Shown here: positions 59,148 to 64,000 of the stretch, piece after piece
How the letters are laid out: every line of letters begins with the position of its first letter
Numbering within the stretch: the first letter of the stretch is position 1
DNA from: an uncultured Acidimicrobiales bacterium
GTDB taxonomy: Bacteria; Actinomycetota; Acidimicrobiia; Acidimicrobiales; UBA10347
Assembly: GCA_963925805.1 (NCBI GenBank)
Contig: CAWUSE010000005.1
Coordinates: 89,281-153,280, forward strand
Direction: 5' to 3'
Length of the DNA: 64,000 nt
Notes under the pieces: generated by a model
What the model was told of the DNA's origin: nothing
Seen by the model: the letters and a program-made list of their open reading frames with translations, nothing else
Database searches by the model: none
Program-made: the position numbers and the translations under genes

Positions 59148-59945
59148 CTAGCGCATATTTTTGGGTCGAGGGTCAGCAAGCCGTCCAAGCGGTGAACGCG
59201 AGTGCAGTCCACCATCAACAACAAGGTGTTCGCCTGTCACGAACGATGACTCATCTGAAGCGAGCCAGACTGCTGCGGCTGCTATCTCTTCTGGTTGACC
59301 TAGGCGACCCAGGCTGTGTGCAGCCAGGTTGATCTGCAGCGCGGCTTCGTCCTGCATCATGCGCTTTACCGGTGGTGTCTCAATCGTGCCTGGGCAGATC
59401 GCATTTACACGAATTCCTTCGGCGGCGTGATCGGTCGACATAGCCCGGGTCAGGTTGATAACCGCCGCTTTGCTTGCCGCGTACACGACCGCTCCACCGT
59501 CGCCATGTAAGCCCGAGATCGAAGCGGTGTTGATGATGGAACCTCCGCCGCGCTCACGCATAGCTGGTACCGCAAACTTGGCACCCAAAAAGACCGACCG
59601 TACATTTACCGCCATGACAAGGTCCCAGTCTTCGATGCTTAACTCGACCGCGGTGCCTAGCCGGATGGTGCCCGCATTCGAGAACAGCACATCGAGGCCG
59701 CCGAGTCGCTTGACGGTCTCATCGACCATTGCTGCTACGTCGTCTGCCTCGGAAACATTCGCTCCCAGTGAGATCGCGTGCCCACCGGCCTCGGTGATGG
59801 CCTCGGCCACCTCGGCCGCCTTGCCAGCGCGGATGTCGACCGCTACAACGGCAGCTCCTTCGGCAGCAAACCGGTGAGCACTCGCCTCGCCGATTCCTGA
59901 ACCGGCGCCAGTTACGATCGCCACCTTGTTCTCAAGCAGGCCCAT
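59148..59945 (-). CDS. SDR family oxidoreductase (FabG-like)
   Basis: TGAGSGIG, NNAG-type SNAG, and catalytic YAASKAAV. Confidence 0.88.
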   Translation of the reverse strand: MGLLENKVAIVTGAGSGIGEASAHRFAAEGAAVVAVDIRAGKAAEVAEAITEAGGHAISLGANVSEADDVAAMVDETVKRLGGLDVLFSNAGTIRLGTAVELSIEDWDLVMAVNVRSVFLGAKFAVPAMRERGGGSIINTASISGLHGDGGAVVYAASKAAVINLTRAMSTDHAAEGIRVNAICPGTIETPPVKRMMQDEAALQINLAAHSLGRLGQPEEIAAAAVWLASDESSFVTGEHLVVDGGLHSRSPLGRLADPRPKNMR

Positions 59946-60036
59946 GGGTCGCCTTCCCTAGTTTTATTGGTCATCACTTGTCTAGCAGGACGGACTCGGA
60001 TCGGCGATTCCGCCGGTTGGATGTCAGGATGGGCTC

Positions 60037-61125
60037 ATGACTGACACCATGAGTGGCCCTGCTGAGTTTGACAAGACCCGCGCCAAGCTCTTTCAGGCGA
60101 ACATCGTTGGAATTATGAACGGCGGGGCGTTGGCGCTGATGATCAGTTTGGGCCACAAGACAGGGCTCTTCGATTCGATGGACGGCAAGCCGGCTCGCAC
60201 TGCCGCTGAGATTGCCACCGACGCGGGATTGCATGAGCGTTATGTGCGCGAGTGGCTTAGTGCTATGGCGTGCGGTGCCATTGTTGACTACGACGTCGAT
60301 GCGCAGACTTTTGCTCTACCGGTCGAACATGCCGGGCTACTCACCCGCCGAGCTGGGCCGCTCAACCTGAGTACGCAGTGCCAGTACGTGGCGTTGCTTG
60401 GCGAGGTCGAAGATGAGATCGTCGAAGCTTTTCGTAGCGGAGGAGGCGTGCCCTATGACCGCTACCCCCGTTTCCAAGCGCTCATGGCTGAGTCGAGTGG
60501 TCAGCGGTATGAACGAACGTTGATCGCTCAGGTCGTGCCGATTTTGCCGGTGGCCCAAGCACTGGAAGCTGGCATTGATGTTGGCGACGTTGGTTGTGGC
60601 AGTGGCAAAGCGATGCGTATCTTCGCAGCAGCGTTTCCAGCTAGTCGATTCGTCGGCTTCGACATCAGCGAGGATGCCATTGCGGTTGCCAGGGCGGAAG
60701 CAGCGGCGGCCGGCCTGACGAATCTCAGCTTCGAGGTGGCCGATGCTGCGGCACTCGATCAGGTAGACCGTTTTGACTTCCTGACGACGTTCGATGCAAT
60801 TCATGACCAGGCTCAGCCCGACACCGTGTTGGCCGGTATCTACCGTATGTTGCGACCCGGTGGGACGTATCTGTGTGTCGAGCCGAAGTCATCGAGTGAA
60901 CTGGCCGACAACATCGACGAGCCAATGTCAGCGTTTATGTACAGCGTGTCAACGATGCACTGCATGACAGTATCGATGGCCTACGGCGGCGAAGGGCTTG
61001 GCACTGCATGGGGCCACCAGACCGCGGTGGAACGGCTGACGCTTGCTGGCTTCGCTGACATCGAGGTGACCGGTGTGCGCGATGACCGCAGCAACAGCTA
61101 CTTCCTATCTACCAAACCCGGCTGA
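60037..61125 (+). CDS. class I SAM-dependent methyltransferase with an N-terminal winged-helix-like domain (Rv2258c-like)
   Basis: SAM motif I DVGCGSGKA with acidic motif II GFDIS. The N-terminal roughly 150 aa resemble the dimerisation/wHTH domain of Rv2258c-type methyltransferases. Confidence 0.8.
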   Translation: MTDTMSGPAEFDKTRAKLFQANIVGIMNGGALALMISLGHKTGLFDSMDGKPARTAAEIATDAGLHERYVREWLSAMACGAIVDYDVDAQTFALPVEHAGLLTRRAGPLNLSTQCQYVALLGEVEDEIVEAFRSGGGVPYDRYPRFQALMAESSGQRYERTLIAQVVPILPVAQALEAGIDVGDVGCGSGKAMRIFAAAFPASRFVGFDISEDAIAVARAEAAAAGLTNLSFEVADAAALDQVDRFDFLTTFDAIHDQAQPDTVLAGIYRMLRPGGTYLCVEPKSSSELADNIDEPMSAFMYSVSTMHCMTVSMAYGGEGLGTAWGHQTAVERLTLAGFADIEVTGVRDDRSNSYFLSTKPG

Positions 61126-61400
61126 GGGCTAGTCATCAAATGGTGTAGACCAACTCGGAATGGCCTCGAACTCGATCAAAACGTTGGCTACCACCCTCGT
61201 GGTGTGGTGGGTTCGCTCAACGCCACGGCTCCAGCCCATGAGCACATCGCTGATTCCGTCCTTGTCAGCCAGTGCTCTCAGCCGAGCTTCGGTGTCTCGA
61301 TCTACCGTCTGTTTTCTCGGGGATCTCGCTGGGCGGCCCGGCGGATTCGACCGCCGTCGTCCAAGTCGCTACTGTCGAGATAACGAAGCTTGGGGGAGCG

Positions 61401-62285
61401 ATGAGCGCACCTGTTCGATATATCGACCGTACTCGCGACTATTATTTGGGTCAGGGGTACGACAAACCGTACGAGTGGGCGCATCACGACGACGCTCCGT
61501 TTACCCCCTTGATTAAGCCGCTGGCCGAGTCTCGGGTTGCGATTGTGTCGACGTCTGACATCGCAATTAAAAAGCCGAATGGGGATCGCGATCGCGACAA
61601 CGATTTCGCCGTTGGCAATGTCTATTCACTTCCGTCTGATACACCAATCGATCTGCTCTATTCGCGCCAAGAACACTATGACCAGCATGCGACGACTCTC
61701 GACGACGTGAATGCGTACTACCCGGTGAGTCGACTAGGTGAACTCGTGGAACGGGGCCGGATCGGTGAGCTTGCCCCACGGTTTCATGGCGTATACACGG
61801 GCTATTCGAAACGTAAGACAGCCGAGGTAGACGCACCCGAAGTCCTGCGACGATGTATCGAAGACGAGGTCGACGTGGCGGTGATGACGCCGGTTTGACC
61901 GGTCTGTCACCAGACCGTGAGTCTGGTTGCACGTCATCTCGAAGCGAACGGCATTCCCACCGTCATGTTCGGCACGGCCAAGGACATCGTTGAGCATTGT
62001 GGAGTTGCCCGGTTCGTCTTCCTTGACTTTCCGCTCGGCAATTCGTGCGGTCGTAGCTTTGACGCCGACCATCAGCATCAGACCTTGGAACTCGGCATGC
62101 ACCTACTAGAGAACGCAACGGCGCCGCGCACCACCGTGCAGGCCAACGATATCTGGAGTGATGACGACGATTGGAAACGGCTGATCTTCACCGACGATCA
62201 GCCCTTCCTCAGCGGCGAGGCGCTCGAAAATTGGATGGCCGCCAAACAGCGCTACCGCGACAAGAAGGCTGCTGGAGAACTGTGA
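61401..62285 (+). CDS. GrdB-family (glycine/sarcosine/betaine/D-proline reductase B-like) putative selenoprotein; in-frame TGA at 61896-61898 read as Sec
   Basis: ORF-track ORFs 61272-61898 and 61917-62285 share one frame and are separated only by the TGA. The junction reads VAVMTPV-U-PVCHQTVSLVARHLEANGIPTV (U-x-x-C), resembling the GrdB Sec region as I recall it. A hairpin lies at SECIS distance. The second ORF has no independent RBS or ATG. Confidence 0.65.
61899..61926 (+). promoter_or_regulatory. candidate bacterial SECIS stem-loop(s) directly 3' of the in-frame TGA
   Basis: There are two mutually exclusive hairpins. The first is CGGTCTG-tcac-CAGACCG (61900-61917). The second is CCAGAC-cgtga-GTCTGG (61910-61926), which starts 11 nt after the UGA and has G and U in its loop. 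Confidence 0.45.
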
Positions 62286-62533
62286 ACGACGACGTAACAT
62301 CTCGAACTCTGACGGTCTTCTCGTCGCCGCTCTGTGGGCCGTGCGAGCAAATGAAGGCGTGGCTCAGGGAACGTGGCTATTCGTTCATCGTGCGAGATGT
62401 GATGATGGACGAAGAGGCTGGTGAGCTCTTGGAGTCGCACGGCATTCGCACGACGCCTGCCCTACAGGTTGGCGATCGTTTTGTCGTTGGATTAGACCTT
62501 GCGGCGATGGAAGAGGCTCTGGCCGACTGGTAG
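62282..62533 (+). CDS. glutaredoxin/NrdH-like small redox protein with a CGPC active site (GTG start overlapping the upstream stop)
   Basis: 83 aa with LTVFSSPLCGPCEQMK, a cis-Pro motif TTPAL, and GLDL. A GTGA overlap joins it to the GrdB-like gene. The ORF-track start at 62171 lies inside the upstream gene. Confidence 0.75.
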   Translation: MNDDVTSRTLTVFSSPLCGPCEQMKAWLRERGYSFIVRDVMMDEEAGELLESHGIRTTPALQVGDRFVVGLDLAAMEEALADW

Positions 62534-62539
62534 CACCGC

Positions 62540-63661
62540 TCATGACTCAACCCGCGAGTCAGGCGTTATTTCTCTGATGGTGAAGACTGCTGCTGCGGCA
62601 CCGAGCATCAGGCCTGAGCTGACTAGTCCGAGCGCCATGGTTCCAGAGTTGTCCAGCAGCAGGCCTCCGATGAGAGGCCCCGCGACTCGTCCAATCGCCA
62701 TCATTGCTTGAGCATCGCCTGCCCGTTCTTCGGGGTAGACAGACGCTTGCGCTAACACTTCGAAGACGCCCGGTATTGCCATCCAATAGAAGAAGCCCCA
62801 CGCAGTCACTGCGATGAAGAACAAGACGCTGGTAAACGCAGTAGCCACAAAGAATGCGCAGAGTGCTGCCAGCGCCATCCATGGGCTGGGGATAGTACGG
62901 CGACCAGTCCAGCCTGCGGCAGGGATGCTGACGATGGCGTTCGCTGTATAGCCAATGGCTACCGCCGAGGCTGTGAGCCCAAGCTCGCGAGCTGCAATCG
63001 TCACGCCGAACTGAATTACGGCCGAGCCACCGAGACTGAACATGGTCAGTGCAAGCAAGACAATTCGTGCTTGGATCACTGCGCCGTGGCGTGACTTCGG
63101 CTGCTGCTTCACACCGAGTGGAACACCACGAGCGAACATCAATGGGATCAGAGGCAAGAGCGCCAACAGCACGAATAGACCAGCCATGCCGAACGCATTG
63201 ATGACTATGGCGACAGTGGGTGTGGCGCCAACAGCGATGACCGGGCCTACGACCGCGACTCGGGCCATGGTGTTCTTTTGGCCGAACGCGTTTGCCCACG
63301 CGAACCAGGTGATTGTGCCGATGGCTAGGCCACTGCCAAAACGCAACCCAAGCAATAGTGGGATGGGTGGCAGTAACGCCGATAACGCGTTGACAACAAT
63401 AGCGAGGACCAGAGCACTCACTAACACGCGGCGACTCGCTTGCAGGAACCTGCCAGCTGCCCATGACGCAATTGCGAAACCGCCGAGCTGACACATGCCA
63501 ATCAATGATGCGACAGCTAAACCAACGTCATAGTCGTTGGCAACCTCGGGGATCAAAAACGGTGTGCTGACCAGGACAACTGTCGAAAAGCCGAGTGCCA
63601 GCAGCATCCCAGCCGAACGACGTATGTCGAGAGTGTTGCCCAGTCGAAACGGAATCTGCAT
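62540..63661 (-). CDS. MFS transporter
   Basis: 373 aa with about 11-12 TM helices and an MFS-like loop GRFLQASRRV between TM2 and TM3. Confidence 0.78.
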   Translation of the reverse strand: MQIPFRLGNTLDIRRSAGMLLALGFSTVVLVSTPFLIPEVANDYDVGLAVASLIGMCQLGGFAIASWAAGRFLQASRRVLVSALVLAIVVNALSALLPPIPLLLGLRFGSGLAIGTITWFAWANAFGQKNTMARVAVVGPVIAVGATPTVAIVINAFGMAGLFVLLALLPLIPLMFARGVPLGVKQQPKSRHGAVIQARIVLLALTMFSLGGSAVIQFGVTIAARELGLTASAVAIGYTANAIVSIPAAGWTGRRTIPSPWMALAALCAFFVATAFTSVLFFIAVTAWGFFYWMAIPGVFEVLAQASVYPEERAGDAQAMMAIGRVAGPLIGGLLLDNSGTMALGLVSSGLMLGAAAAVFTIREITPDSRVES

Positions 63662-63700
63662 TAGGAAGCGACACTACCGAATGTGACGCGGCGTTGGTTG

Positions 63701-64000
63701 CTAGTTGGCGCGGCGGGTTTCGTTCCAGGGGCCTTCATCGGCTCGGGGTTCCTTGGGAAGCCCCAGCACTCGTTCCCCGACAATATTGCGCTGGATTTCG
63801 TTGGACCCTGAATAAATTGATGCTGGGCGAGCCCCGAGAAAATGGTCGGCCATGGCCTTAGATGAGCGGGGGTCACCCTTGGTTTCGGTGAATACCGGTG
63901 ACAGGGGAGCTTCCCCGCTGGGGGCCATGCCGGCAGATCCGTAGAGATGCAGCCCAATCTCGGTCATGCGCTGGAACAGTTCGCTCCACAGCAGTTTGTT
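63701..64000 (-). CDS. acyl-CoA dehydrogenase (3' portion only; the gene continues beyond the window end)
   Basis: C-terminal ACAD signature SGSNEIQRNIVGERVLGLPKEP. The frame stays open through base 64000. Confidence 0.8.
   Translation of the reverse strand, partial: NKLLWSELFQRMTEIGLHLYGSAGMAPSGEAPLSPVFTETKGDPRSSKAMADHFLGARPASIYSGSNEIQRNIVGERVLGLPKEPRADEGPWNETRRAN

Noticed and set aside
61126-61330. Minus-strand protein-like text (...TEARLRALADKDGISDVLMGWSRGVERTHHTTRVVANVLIEFEAIPSWSTPFDD) reminiscent of an NTF2/SnoaL-like N-terminus
   Set aside because: The frame is closed by a TAG upstream with no usable start before the conserved-looking part. The only GTG/ATG gives 37 aa or fewer. At best it is a gene remnant, and I cannot support it as a feature.
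62559-63494. 311-aa alternative-frame ORF within the MFS transporter gene
   Set aside because: It is on the same strand as the MFS gene but out of frame with it. It is Arg/Cys/His-rich and not membrane-like, whereas the 373-aa frame gives regular TM helices.

Overview
This window reads as the replication-origin region of an actinobacterial-type chromosome, followed by about 45 kb of mostly metabolic and transport genes. All calls come from reading the ORF translations and DNA by eye. No database search was run, so family names rest on recognised motifs and synteny.

Backbone, 1-19 kb:
- Minus strand: trxB (5' partial), trxA, parB, parA, two perfect parS sites, rsmG, jag, yidC, yidD, rnpA, rpmH.
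- Plus strand: dnaA, a DnaA-box cluster (candidate oriC), dnaN, recF, DUF721/DciA-like, gyrB, gyrA, a TadE-like ORF, and a DUF3566 membrane protein.
- tRNA-Ile(GAT) follows.
- rpmH was missed by the ORF track. I found it at 7594-7728 with a GTG start.

Remainder of the window:
- A FliA/WhiG-type sigma factor and a Crp/Fnr regulator.
- A four-gene polar amino-acid ABC transporter.
- serB, prfC, selO and gpmI.
- Several acyl-CoA, short-chain dehydrogenase/reductase (SDR) and hydrolase genes.
- tRNA-Gly(CCC).

Two loci stand out:
1. 49387-52898: a canonical H-NOX haem sensor gene is translationally coupled (GTGA overlap) to a 982-aa GGDEF-EAL enzyme. The pair lies immediately 3' of tRNA-Gly and may be bracketed by a degenerate repeat of the tRNA 3' end.
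2. 61401-62533: two ORF-track ORFs are really one GrdB-family reading frame interrupted by an in-frame TGA. This gives a U-x-x-C motif, with a SECIS-like hairpin 11 nt downstream. It overlaps (GTGA) a CGPC glutaredoxin-like gene, so this is a probable selenoprotein reductase with a dedicated redox partner and unknown substrate.

I saw no rRNA, CRISPR array, transposase or integrase.
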